A stretch of DNA of 44,733 nt from Candidatus Woesearchaeota archaeon (GCA_964530955.1 CAZHCL010000007.1:1-44733); one strand, 5' to 3'. Shown: positions 1 to 9,818, numbered from the stretch's first letter. The notes: generated from the letters alone by a model not told the origin. Translations and numbers: made by a program.

Positions 1-2
1 CT

Positions 3-3000
3 GGATGGGAATTAGGAGTAATTGCTGGAAAAGCATTTGTAACACAAATAGGAGCATCTATATCCTCAACCTCAAATGTAAACGATGGTAAATGGCATTT
101 TGTTCTGGCTACTTGGAATACTTCTGATTGGAATTTGTATGTTGATGGAGTTTCCCAAGCAAATGGAACGACAACAGTTAATACGCAAGCTCAGACTTTT
201 TTAATAGGCAGGGAAGTTCAATCTTTTGGTAAGGACTTTAATGGAAGTATTGATGATGTAATGCTGTTTAATAGGACTTTATCTTCTGGAGAAATATCTT
301 CATTGTATAATGCTTCTGCTACTCAGTATTACAATAACTTCACTTCTCTTGCCCAGGGCAGTCATACTTTTACTGGCTATGCAGTAGATTCTCTCGGAGG
401 TCTAAATTCAACTGAGACGCGTAATATAGGTTTGTTAGTTTCTCAATTAACTTCATGCGGTAACTTAAGCTATCCAAATGGAATCTATCTTTTACAGAAT
501 AATATTTATAATTATAACGGCACTTGCTTTACAATAACTGCTGATAATGTAACTTTAGACGGGCAAGGATTTACCATTAATGGAACTCAGGACCCAGCCA
601 ATGTTTACTGGGGAGTCAACGCTACGACCTCAACAAATGCGACCATAAGAAATATCACTATCTTGGAATTTGGAGATTATAATAGATTAAATGTTAATGA
701 CGGGGGAGGAATTTATTTATCTGCAAATAATTCATTGATAAATAATGTAAACTTAGGTCTTAATTATCAGGGATTGTTGATTTCTTCTACCTCTTCTAAT
801 AACTCTATGCTAAACAGCGCTTCTTCTTTTAATAGAATAGGAATAACTGTGAATGGTCAGAATAATATTCTTACAAATGTGAATGCAAAGACAAATACCG
901 GTGGAGATGGAATTGATATTAGAGGTAATTATACTAATTTAACAAATATACAAGCAAATTCTAATACTTTAAGTGGTATTTCTGCTGTCAGCAGTTTTAA
1001 TATATTTTCTAACATTACCACTAATTCAAACGCTGGTTTTGGAATAACTCATGGAGGCATGCTTGTTAGCGGTCAGAATAACACTTTTTACAACATTACC
1101 ACTAATTCAAACACTGGTCTTGGAATATTATTTAGTGGATCTAATAGTAGTTTTACCAATGTAGTTGCAAATTTTAATACTAACGGAATACTTGCTGGTA
1201 CTTCAAATATTATCTTTTCTAATTTTGTTGCCAACTCAAACAATAATACAGGTATATCGATTTCTGGGTTAAATCATGTATTTTCTAATATAACCGCCAA
1301 CTCAAACAATAATACAGGTATATCAATTGGCTCAAATTCAAGCAACTTTACCAATGTAGTTGCAAATTCTAATAAAGCTAGCGGAATATCATTTGGCACA
1401 GCTAGTTTTAATATTTTATCTAATGCAACTACGATGTTAAATAACTTAGGTTTATACTTTTCTGCTTCTTCTCAGTTTTCAAACACATTAATCAATTTGA
1501 CTTCCACTAACAATACATTATATGACTTAAATCAGAGTAAAGTAGCCGTAAAAGGAGCATACTTTATTGACGACGTTATTTCTACTTACAACCTTCAAAA
1601 TTCATCTGACCAGATATTCTTCCAGAACTCAAGTTCTGGAGAAATAAGATTTCTGGCAACAACAAGCGGGGCCGGAATAAATGGAACTGGCTTAAATTTG
1701 ATAGGTAATTCAACTTCAGATATAGTAATTATCAATAACAGCGTATTTGTAAATTCAGTCCAGTCTGGACTGAATAGGAGCGCAAATATAACTCTTTACA
1801 ATCTTCCCACTACTCTAGCTAATCCAACAATATTAAGAGATGGAGGTGTATGTCCTTCAAGCATTTGTTACAACTTTACCTCATTAAATGCGGGAAATGT
1901 ATCCTTTAATGTAACTGGTTGGAGTAATTATAGTATATTTGGTAATTTTAATCTTGATTCATGTGGTACTTTAAGTTCTCCAAACGGAATTTACTTCTTA
2001 GGGAAAAATGTTAAAAATTATGCCGGAACTTGCTTTACAATAACTGCAGATAATGTAACCTTAGACGGACAGGGACATACAATAAATGGAACGCAGGATA
2101 TTAATAATGCCTATTGGGGAGTCAATGTTACTAGCGTTAATAATGTGACGATAAAGAATATCACTATTCTTAATTTTGGAAATTATCCCAATCTGGTAGG
2201 TGTACTTGATGGAGGAGGAATTTATCTTTCAGCAAATAAATCAGTAATAAGTAATGTGAATATTAGTTTGAACTATTACGGGCTATTAATAAAATCTGAT
2301 TACAATAATCTAAACGGTATCTACTATTATTCAAATATAAATGGGATTATAATAAATGGCAATTCCAGTGTTATCTCTAATACTACTTCTAATTCATGTT
2401 ATTATGATGGTATAGATTTGAATGGTAACTCTAATAATCTCACAAACATACAATCAAATTCCAACGGACTTGCAGGAATATCTATTGGTTCTAGTTTCAA
2501 CATATTATCTAATGTAACGACTATGCTTAATAAATTGGGAGTATACCTTTCTGCATCCCCTCAAGTTTCAAACACAATAATCAATTTAACTTCCACCAAT
2601 AATACAGTATATGACTTAAATCAGAGCAAAGTAGCAGTAAAAAGCACATACTTTATTGACAGTATTATTTCAACTTATAATCTGCAAAATTCATCCGACC
2701 AGATATTCTTCCAGAACTCAAGTTCTGGAGAAATAAGGTTCCTAACAGGAATAAACGGAACTGGAACAAATCTTATAGGTAATTCAACTTCCGACATAGT
2801 AATTATCAATAACAGCGTATTTGTAAATTCAGTCCAGTCTGGACTGAATAGGAGCGCAAATATAACTCTTTACAATCTTCCCACTGGAGTTGTACTTCCG
2901 ATAATGCTTCGAGATGGTTTTGTTTGTCCTTCAAGCATTTGTTACAACTTTACCTCATTAAATGCAGGAAATGTATCCTTTAATGTAACTGGTTGGAGTA

Positions 3001-6000
3001 ATTATAGTATAGGTAGCAGCATCACTCTAATTAATTCATGTGGAATCTTGAACAATCCAAATGGAATTTACCTTTTACAGAACAATATCTCCAATTACAA
3101 TGGAACCTGCTTCACAATAACTGCAGATAATGTAACCTTAGACGGACAGGGATTCACTATCAACGGAACTCAGGATCCTGCTCATGCATATTGGGGAGTC
3201 AACGCAACAGGTGTTAATAACGCAACCATAAGAAACATCACTATTCTAGATTTCGGAGATTACAACAAAGTAGGTTTATTGGACGGAGGAGGAATATATC
3301 TTTCTGCAAATAGCTCTACTATAATGAATGTAGGTTTAAGCTTTAATTACCAGGGAATTGTTTCAACTATTTACAATTCTACGTTGAATAACATTTCTTC
3401 AGATAATAACCGGGCAGGTATTATCGCTAGTGGCCAGAGTAATATTTTCTCCAATATAGATACAAGTTCAAATTCATTGGGAACAGGTTTTTCATATAAT
3501 GGAAATTTTAGCATCATGACTAATATAACCGCAAATTCAGATTATCGCTCAGTCCTTATAGTGCACACAATAGCCTTTTCTGTTACGGGTAATTCAAATA
3601 ATTTCACATCAATAACTTCAAGTAATAATATAGGAACTGGTCAAAGCGATGGAATTTCAATAACAGGAAATAATCTTAACTTGTTTAATATTACTTCTCT
3701 GAATAATAGGGGAGTAGGCCTTTCGGTTTCAGGAGATTCAGCAAATCTTAATTGGGCAAATCTAAGTTACAATAATTATGATGGGTTAGATATATACGGA
3801 AATTCGGGAAACTTTTCTAATATAGATTCATCATTCGATAATTATGGTATCTATGTTATAGGTAATTCTACCTATTTGAATAATATAACCTCAAACTCAA
3901 ATGGTTTTGATGGAATTTATATTTCTGGAAATTATGATGGATTATCTTTGGCAAACGCTAATTCCAACGGAGGCAACGGTATGACCCTTACCTCAAGTAC
4001 CTCTTGTAACTTCACAGGTATAAATGCAAGCTATAACACTTTAGGTAACGGAGTGTATATTGAATTAAGTAATTCCAATATACTTGCAAATGTAAACGCT
4101 TCATTAAATAGTTATGGAATACTTGCAACAGGAAGTTCTTCAAATAATTTCAATAATATTACTACTTTCTCAAATTCTTTGGATGGAATATATATAACTG
4201 TGGGTTCTTCAAATATACTTGGAAATATTACTTCGAGATTTAATTCAGGTAATGGAATAACTCTTTATCAGTCTGCGGATAGCACTAATCTATCAAATGC
4301 AATATTAAATAACAATACAAATGCTGGATTAAGTGTGCAGAGTAGCTCATATGCAACAATATCCAATATAACGGCAAATACTAACGGGTTTGGATTACTA
4401 GCTTCTTCATTCACATCAAATAATTTCATTAATTTGACTGCTCTTAATAACAGCCAGTATGATTTGAATCAAAGTGATATGGCAATAAATCTTACTTATT
4501 TCATTGACAGTAGAATTGCAAGCTATTCTCTTCTTAATTCATCTAACCAGATATTCTTCCAGAACTCAACATATGCAGAAATAAGATTTTTATCTGGAAT
4601 AAACGGCACTGGAACTAATTTTATAGGAAATGACACTTCAGATATAAGACTTTCTAATAATAGTGTTTTTGTAAACTCAGCACAAAGTAGTCTTAACCAG
4701 CCGGCAAATGTTACTCTTTATGGAAATCCTGCTGGTTCTGCTTCCAATCCTAGAATATTTAGAAATGGTCTTTCCTGTTCATTTAATGTGTGTTATAATT
4801 TCACTTCTTTGACTGCTTCAACAGTTATTTTCAATGTAACTGGATGGAGCAATTACAGTATAGGGAACTTAGATGTTCCTAATATAAGTTTTGTTTATCC
4901 TACTCCCGTAAATACTAGTTTTATTACTTCACCAAGTTTAATAGTTAATTTAAGCACGGCTAATCCAACCAGCCATTATTCTTTTGTTGATTTTGATAAA
5001 TCTTTGGTAGGGTTGTGGAGAATGGAACAAAATAATGCAACTTTTTTTGCTGATGAAGGAAATTATGGATATAATGGAACATGTTACGGAACAAACTGCC
5101 CTACTTTTAATGCCACAGGAAAATTCGGGGGAGCAGTTTATTTCAACGGCTCACAATATATTAATATAACCAGCAATACAACTAACTTACCTATTGGAAG
5201 TCAAAATAGAACGGTAAGTGCTTGGGTAATGTATAATGGAAGCGTTGATTCTCAGGATAGGTATTTCTTCTCTTATGGGCAATTGGCAACTACTAATTTT
5301 TGGGGAATGGGTGTAATTTCTGGCAAATTTATATTTACCCAGGTCGGGGCGAATATTCAGTCAAATACATTGGTAAGCAATGGTAAGTGGTATATGATGA
5401 CTGTAATGTACAATGGAACTGGTACTGGTTTATATGTCAACGGAGTGCTAGAACAGTCAGCTACTTCTGTTGCTTTACCTATCAATACAGTTATTCAGCA
5501 GGCTCACTTTGGAGATGCTTTCTCAGTTGGATCTCAAAGTTTTAATGGACGCGTTGATGACTTAATTATTTTCAACAGAACTTTATCCTCTGGAGAAATA
5601 TCTTCATTGTATAATGCTTCGATAAAGCAATATTCTAATAATTTTAGTTCTTTGAATCAAGGAATTCATACTTTTACTGGTTATGCCGTAAGCAGTCTGG
5701 GAACTAAAAATCAGACTGAAAAAAGAACCGTAAATTTAGATAGTATAAATCCAAATATACAATTTGTCTCTCCAACTTATTCAAACGGAACTTTCTTTGC
5801 AGGGTCTTTGCCAGTGAATATAAGCAGCAGTGATGCGAACACACATTACACTTTTGTAGACTTTGATAAATCATTAGTGGCTTGGTTCAGGTTCAACAAT
5901 GAATCTGGTGAAAATGCTAGCTTCTTCAAAGATTACAGTACATATGGAAATAATATGACTTGCTTCGGAACCTGTCCTACAAGTAATATCTCTGGAGCAT

Positions 6001-7358
6001 TTGGAAAGTCAATTAATGTATTCGGAGCATCGAATTCCTCGCTGAATGCATCATTAAATGGCAATTCACCAAGAAACTTTACTGTGTCAATCTGGATGTC
6101 AACAACATTAACTGGAGATGTTCTTCCATTTTGGTGGGGAACTGGATGTTCAGGCGGAATGATATATATCGGAACAAAATCGTCCCAAGCAGAGTTTGGA
6201 TATTGTGGGGCTGGTCAGAATGTTAATGGTGGCTCAAATCTTAATAACGGAGCTTGGCACAATATTATTGCTGTTGTAAATGACTCTAAAACAATCTTAT
6301 ATGTTGATGGCTTAAGTGTTGCCACTTCTACCCTTCTTCCAGGTAGTATAAATGGAACCTGGAATCTCAACCCTTCGGCGAGGACCACTCCTGAAGGAGA
6401 AGTAGTTGATGAGATATTAGTTTTCAACAGAACTTTATCTGCTGGAGAAATATCTTCTCTTTATAATGCAACTGCAAATCAATATTATAATAATTTTACA
6501 GTAGGATCTGGAAAACACAATTACATCGGATATGCGGAAGATATAGCAGGCAATACAAATCAAACAGACTTTAGAACAGCAATATTTGATTCTCCTCCAA
6601 ATGTCAGCCTCATATCTCCTTTGGATGGTGCCTCAACTACTAACAGAACTCCATTATTTAATTGGACAGGTTCAGATCCGGATAATAATTCTTTGACTTA
6701 TGAGCTTAATATAACCTGCTATGCGCTTGCTGGAGGAATATGCACAGGTAAGGGTAGTGATGATAGGTACTACAACAATAATACTATTTTGGGTAATACG
6801 ACATTTATAATTCCGGGAGATTTGCTTTATTTGTATGACCACAATTATTATTATAATTGGAGCGTTAGGGCTTACGATGGAACCATGTATGGAAATTGGA
6901 CAAATGCTTATAGACTTAATATAAGTTCCTTAGTATTAATAAGCAATCCAGTTAATTCAGTGGTATTCGGTTCCATATCTCTTTTAGCTTCTAATGATAC
7001 GACTAAAAATAATCCAAGTCCATTTGTTCTCCAAAATGATGGAAATTCTTTTGTTAATGTAACTATTACAGGAACTTCACTTTGGAGCGCTATTACAAAT
7101 CCAAGCAAGTATTTCCAGTTTATGGTCGGTAATAATACTGCTCCAGGCTATTCCGAAAATGGTTCATTTATATGGGGAAGTTCTTCAACATTATTCACTA
7201 ATGTTTCCTCTTCAAGCAGCGCAGTAGATATTTCAACTCTCAACTATTCGGATGTAACTGATAGTGCAAGAGTAGACATCAATGTAACGGTTCCTGTCGG
7301 AGAGCCTCCTGGAGCAAAAAACTCAACTATAACTTTCCTGGCGGTGTTGGGAGAATAA
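3..7358 (+). CDS. Giant secreted/surface protein (adhesin or S-layer-associated): LamG-like domains, three right-handed beta-helix (NosD/pectin-lyase-like) modules, an Fn3-like domain and a beta-rich C-terminal domain; 5'-truncated by the window edge
   Basis: The frame is open from base 3 (GWELGVIAGKAFVTQIG...DGKWHFVLATW), so the ORF-track start at 135 is internal. LamG motifs (GKWH/GAWH, LYVDG/LYVNG, FNRTLSxGEISSLYNA) occur three times. Three repeats begin SCGxLxxPNGIY...CFTITADNVTLDGQG. Very Asn/Ser/Thr-rich. Confidence 0.85.
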   Translation, partial: GWELGVIAGKAFVTQIGASISSTSNVNDGKWHFVLATWNTSDWNLYVDGVSQANGTTTVNTQAQTFLIGREVQSFGKDFNGSIDDVMLFNRTLSSGEISSLYNASATQYYNNFTSLAQGSHTFTGYAVDSLGGLNSTETRNIGLLVSQLTSCGNLSYPNGIYLLQNNIYNYNGTCFTITADNVTLDGQGFTINGTQDPANVYWGVNATTSTNATIRNITILEFGDYNRLNVNDGGGIYLSANNSLINNVNLGLNYQGLLISSTSSNNSMLNSASSFNRIGITVNGQNNILTNVNAKTNTGGDGIDIRGNYTNLTNIQANSNTLSGISAVSSFNIFSNITTNSNAGFGITHGGMLVSGQNNTFYNITTNSNTGLGILFSGSNSSFTNVVANFNTNGILAGTSNIIFSNFVANSNNNTGISISGLNHVFSNITANSNNNTGISIGSNSSNFTNVVANSNKASGISFGTASFNILSNATTMLNNLGLYFSASSQFSNTLINLTSTNNTLYDLNQSKVAVKGAYFIDDVISTYNLQNSSDQIFFQNSSSGEIRFLATTSGAGINGTGLNLIGNSTSDIVIINNSVFVNSVQSGLNRSANITLYNLPTTLANPTILRDGGVCPSSICYNFTSLNAGNVSFNVTGWSNYSIFGNFNLDSCGTLSSPNGIYFLGKNVKNYAGTCFTITADNVTLDGQGHTINGTQDINNAYWGVNVTSVNNVTIKNITILNFGNYPNLVGVLDGGGIYLSANKSVISNVNISLNYYGLLIKSDYNNLNGIYYYSNINGIIINGNSSVISNTTSNSCYYDGIDLNGNSNNLTNIQSNSNGLAGISIGSSFNILSNVTTMLNKLGVYLSASPQVSNTIINLTSTNNTVYDLNQSKVAVKSTYFIDSIISTYNLQNSSDQIFFQNSSSGEIRFLTGINGTGTNLIGNSTSDIVIINNSVFVNSVQSGLNRSANITLYNLPTGVVLPIMLRDGFVCPSSICYNFTSLNAGNVSFNVTGWSNYSIGSSITLINSCGILNNPNGIYLLQNNISNYNGTCFTITADNVTLDGQGFTINGTQDPAHAYWGVNATGVNNATIRNITILDFGDYNKVGLLDGGGIYLSANSSTIMNVGLSFNYQGIVSTIYNSTLNNISSDNNRAGIIASGQSNIFSNIDTSSNSLGTGFSYNGNFSIMTNITANSDYRSVLIVHTIAFSVTGNSNNFTSITSSNNIGTGQSDGISITGNNLNLFNITSLNNRGVGLSVSGDSANLNWANLSYNNYDGLDIYGNSGNFSNIDSSFDNYGIYVIGNSTYLNNITSNSNGFDGIYISGNYDGLSLANANSNGGNGMTLTSSTSCNFTGINASYNTLGNGVYIELSNSNILANVNASLNSYGILATGSSSNNFNNITTFSNSLDGIYITVGSSNILGNITSRFNSGNGITLYQSADSTNLSNAILNNNTNAGLSVQSSSYATISNITANTNGFGLLASSFTSNNFINLTALNNSQYDLNQSDMAINLTYFIDSRIASYSLLNSSNQIFFQNSTYAEIRFLSGINGTGTNFIGNDTSDIRLSNNSVFVNSAQSSLNQPANVTLYGNPAGSASNPRIFRNGLSCSFNVCYNFTSLTASTVIFNVTGWSNYSIGNLDVPNISFVYPTPVNTSFITSPSLIVNLSTANPTSHYSFVDFDKSLVGLWRMEQNNATFFADEGNYGYNGTCYGTNCPTFNATGKFGGAVYFNGSQYINITSNTTNLPIGSQNRTVSAWVMYNGSVDSQDRYFFSYGQLATTNFWGMGVISGKFIFTQVGANIQSNTLVSNGKWYMMTVMYNGTGTGLYVNGVLEQSATSVALPINTVIQQAHFGDAFSVGSQSFNGRVDDLIIFNRTLSSGEISSLYNASIKQYSNNFSSLNQGIHTFTGYAVSSLGTKNQTEKRTVNLDSINPNIQFVSPTYSNGTFFAGSLPVNISSSDANTHYTFVDFDKSLVAWFRFNNESGENASFFKDYSTYGNNMTCFGTCPTSNISGAFGKSINVFGASNSSLNASLNGNSPRNFTVSIWMSTTLTGDVLPFWWGTGCSGGMIYIGTKSSQAEFGYCGAGQNVNGGSNLNNGAWHNIIAVVNDSKTILYVDGLSVATSTLLPGSINGTWNLNPSARTTPEGEVVDEILVFNRTLSAGEISSLYNATANQYYNNFTVGSGKHNYIGYAEDIAGNTNQTDFRTAIFDSPPNVSLISPLDGASTTNRTPLFNWTGSDPDNNSLTYELNITCYALAGGICTGKGSDDRYYNNNTILGNTTFIIPGDLLYLYDHNYYYNWSVRAYDGTMYGNWTNAYRLNISSLVLISNPVNSVVFGSISLLASNDTTKNNPSPFVLQNDGNSFVNVTITGTSLWSAITNPSKYFQFMVGNNTAPGYSENGSFIWGSSSTLFTNVSSSSSAVDISTLNYSDVTDSARVDINVTVPVGEPPGAKNSTITFLAVLGE
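1011..1324 (+). repeat. Coil-level direct repeats: 21 bp at 1011-1031 and 1092-1112 (offset 81); 29 bp at 1230-1258 and 1296-1324 (offset 66)
   Basis: AACATTACCACTAATTCAAAC twice and GCCAACTCAAACAATAATACAGGTATATC twice; offsets equal 27 and 22 codons, i.e. single beta-helix coils. Confidence 0.85.
1722..3010 (+). repeat. Near-identical direct repeats at offset 1074 bp: 1722-1811 = 2796-2885 (90 bp, identical) and 1851-1936 vs 2925-3010 (86 bp, one mismatch)
   Basis: Direct nucleotide comparison of the two copies. Confidence 0.85.
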
Positions 7359-7359
7359 A

Positions 7360-7854
7360 ATGGAAAGAAGAAAGATGATAATAGCTATTGATATTGCAGT
7401 GATAGGAATTAGTTTTGTTTTAGTTTTACTTGCAGTAAACTATGCAAGGCCTCTTGTAATCTCTCCAGTAAATGATTTTAGCACAACCAATGATTCCGTT
7501 CTATTCTCTTTCCAGAAAGGTAATATTATTGAGATAGACGACAATCCTAATTTCACTTCTCCGCAAAAAATATCTGCTGCAAATAACTTAGTAATAAATC
7601 TTGAGCCAGGATTATATTACTGGAAAGTTGAGGGAATATTGGACAGTTCGGTCAGAACAATTACTATAAAATCTAGGGTAGATCTCAAATTAAAAGACGC
7701 AGGAAGTCAATATCAGTTAGTTAATGCGGGCAATACTCTTCTTAATGTTGATATGTATAATGGAACAAAATATACTGGGAATATTACTCTTGAAACAGAG
7801 CAGAGCAAGAATGTTTCAGGAACTGTTTTTATTGGGAGACAATCCAATGGATAA
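7360..7854 (+). CDS. N-terminally membrane-anchored beta-rich protein (Fn3/Ig-like), 164 aa
   Basis: Hydrophobic helix at residues about 7-26; PLVISP..LEPGLYYWKV resembles an Fn3-like strand pattern; starts 1 nt after the giant gene stop, with GGAG upstream. Confidence 0.7.
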   Translation: MERRKMIIAIDIAVIGISFVLVLLAVNYARPLVISPVNDFSTTNDSVLFSFQKGNIIEIDDNPNFTSPQKISAANNLVINLEPGLYYWKVEGILDSSVRTITIKSRVDLKLKDAGSQYQLVNAGNTLLNVDMYNGTKYTGNITLETEQSKNVSGTVFIGRQSNG

Positions 7855-9040
7855 ATTTACAGTTATATTTATATCTTTGATAATTTTGCTAGCTAGCAGT
7901 TCTTTCACTGCAGCTTTAGGGATAACTCCTGGAATGACCACTCTTGAGTTTTCACCTGGTCAGGAAAAGACAATTTCATTTACAATAATCAACTCTGAGC
8001 ACAAGGATTTGCGCTTGCAGATATACTCTCAGGGAGAGCTTAATCAAAGTGTAGTTTTAAGTACGGAACAGATTAATATGAGCTCTTCTCAAGAAGAACA
8101 GACTTTTCAAGCAATTCTTAAGTTGACTGGAAACTTATCTCCAGGAAAACATACTTTGGGAATAGTTGTGATGGAACAGGCTACTCCCGCAGCTAGGGGT
8201 GCGCAGGCATCTATCGGTGCTCAGCTGGCAGTAATGCATCAAGTTGTAATCAATGTTCCTTACCCGGGTAAATATTTGGAAGGAAATTTACAAATAACTG
8301 GAGATAATCCTAAGAATTTTGTTATATCTTTAAATAATCTTGGAAGAGCAAATATAAATAAAGTTTCTTCTAGCATACTAATATACAATTCTTCTGGAGA
8401 TAATGTTAAAAATTTGACAACAAATGAAATTTCTCTTAAGTCTGGAGAACAAAATGAGATAACTGCTCAGTGGAATGTTGATGCTCTTGATGGTAATTAT
8501 CTTGCAAAGGCAGTTCTTGATTATGACAATCAAGAGGTTTTGCTTCAAGCTAATTTTGATGTGGGTCAATTTTTGCTTGAACTTCAGCAGCTTTTCGTAA
8601 AAGATTTCACTTTAGGAGGAATTGCAAAGTTTAACTTAGTTGTGCAGAACAGGTGGAGTCAGACGTTAAATGATGTTTATGCAGAAATGAATGTTTACAA
8701 CAATAACATTGAGGAAATCGCATCAGAAAAGTCTGCTACTTATAATATTCCTTCAGGATTACAGACCACTATTAATTATTATTGGGATACTGCTAACGTA
8801 AGTCCAGGTCAGTACAATGCTAGTGTCATTCTTCATTATGGAGATAAGAATACTCAGAGTAACATAGGACTTAACGTAGGGCAGAACTCCATAGATGTGA
8901 CTGGATTGGGTTACGTAATCTCTTCTCAAGGCACAGGTTCAGGTTCAAATGTTAATATGACTTTAGTAATTATAATAGGGTTCCTTGTGCTTCTTAACGT
9001 GGCTTGGTTCCTAATATTCAGAAGAAAGAAAAAGCAATAA
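7847..9040 (+). CDS. Secreted, C-terminally anchored multi-Ig-like surface protein (DUF916/PapD/CARDB-like), 397 aa
   Basis: Start reassigned to ATG 7847 (GGAG at 7835-7838; 8-nt overlap with the upstream stop). Signal peptide MDKF...SFTAA, LGITPG motif, repeated NxG strands, C-terminal TM followed by RRKKKQ. Confidence 0.75.
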   Translation: MDKFTVIFISLIILLASSSFTAALGITPGMTTLEFSPGQEKTISFTIINSEHKDLRLQIYSQGELNQSVVLSTEQINMSSSQEEQTFQAILKLTGNLSPGKHTLGIVVMEQATPAARGAQASIGAQLAVMHQVVINVPYPGKYLEGNLQITGDNPKNFVISLNNLGRANINKVSSSILIYNSSGDNVKNLTTNEISLKSGEQNEITAQWNVDALDGNYLAKAVLDYDNQEVLLQANFDVGQFLLELQQLFVKDFTLGGIAKFNLVVQNRWSQTLNDVYAEMNVYNNNIEEIASEKSATYNIPSGLQTTINYYWDTANVSPGQYNASVILHYGDKNTQSNIGLNVGQNSIDVTGLGYVISSQGTGSGSNVNMTLVIIIGFLVLLNVAWFLIFRRKKKQ

Positions 9041-9041
9041 T

Positions 9042-9818
9042 TTATTTATTTTTTATTTTATCCCAGAGATTCATTCCTTCTACACTATCTTTAAGCATTT
9101 CAGGGCTTTCATTGATTATTCTTATCTCTTTATTTTTTGGCAGGTTTTCGAGAAGTTCTTTCCACGCTTTTTTTTCAGTAGGAATATGGTTTTTTTCTCC
9201 CTTTTCTCCGTAAACTATTCCTGAGAAGTGTACATGCCATTCTTTTGAAGGAAATAAATTTGAAATTTTTTCATAATCTACTTTTTTGTCTCTGGCAAGT
9301 ATATGTGCGAAATCTATGCAGAAAGAGCAATCTGTTTCCTTTACTAATCTGGAAATTTCTTCTACACTACCAAAGACATTTATTTTTCCCATTGTTTCAG
9401 GAGCTATTTTTATTTTCCAACCTTTGTTTTTTATTTCTTTTATTATTTCTATAACTCCTTCTTTTATAGTTTCATATGCCTTTTCTTTATCGTCTCCGTA
9501 ATAGCCTGGATGAAAAACAACAACTTTTACTCCAAGAAGTTCTCCTATCTCGCAGCATTGCAATATTCTTTGCTTAGTTGCTTCTCTTTTTTCTTTCTCA
9601 GCAGAGTTGAGATTCACCCAGTATTGTGCATGGATGCTTAGGTCTATTCCTAACTCGGCTGCCTTTTTGCCTATAATCCTGGCTTCATCAGGTTTTATGT
9701 AAACTGAATAGGTAAAAGCTATTTCGCAGGCTTTCAGTCCTAGTTTATGATATTTTTCAAGTGTTTCTAGAGCTGTTTTTACAGGACCTAAACCTGCTGG
9801 TCCAAATTTTATCACCAT
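9042..9818 (-). CDS. nfo: Endonuclease IV / AP endonuclease family 2 (TIM barrel)
   Basis: FGPAG, SIHAQYWVNL, FHPGYY, PETMGK, CIDFAH, HVHFSG and NESP motifs. Confidence 0.85.
   Translation of the reverse strand: MVIKFGPAGLGPVKTALETLEKYHKLGLKACEIAFTYSVYIKPDEARIIGKKAAELGIDLSIHAQYWVNLNSAEKEKREATKQRILQCCEIGELLGVKVVVFHPGYYGDDKEKAYETIKEGVIEIIKEIKNKGWKIKIAPETMGKINVFGSVEEISRLVKETDCSFCIDFAHILARDKKVDYEKISNLFPSKEWHVHFSGIVYGEKGEKNHIPTEKKAWKELLENLPKNKEIRIINESPEMLKDSVEGMNLWDKIKNK

Larger units (their letters stand above)
453..4865 (+). repeat. Three tandem intragenic beta-helix modules starting at 453, 1959 and 3036 (about 502, 359 and 610 aa)
   Basis: Shared N-cap (SCG..PNGIY..CFTITADNVTLDGQG..YWGVN) and C-cap (YDLNQS..YFID..QIFFQNS..EIRFL..NVTGWSNYSI) with a variable number of coils between them. 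Confidence 0.9.

Noticed and set aside
135-137. ORF-track start of the giant protein
   Set aside because: It is an internal TTG (Leu); the frame is open to base 3 and encodes LamG sequence upstream.
1722-3010. Diversity-generating retroelement (TR/VR pair with hairpin)
   Set aside because: Differences between copies are not adenine-specific, both copies are in-frame parts of one gene, and no reverse transcriptase is present in the window.
7724-7846. Long N-terminal extensions in the ORF track (also 14584-14616, 28195-28272, 29631-29735, 37458-37478, 44087-44197)
   Set aside because: Downstream ATGs have better RBS or operon coupling and match family N-termini; the extensions overlap neighbouring genes, promoters or the tRNA.
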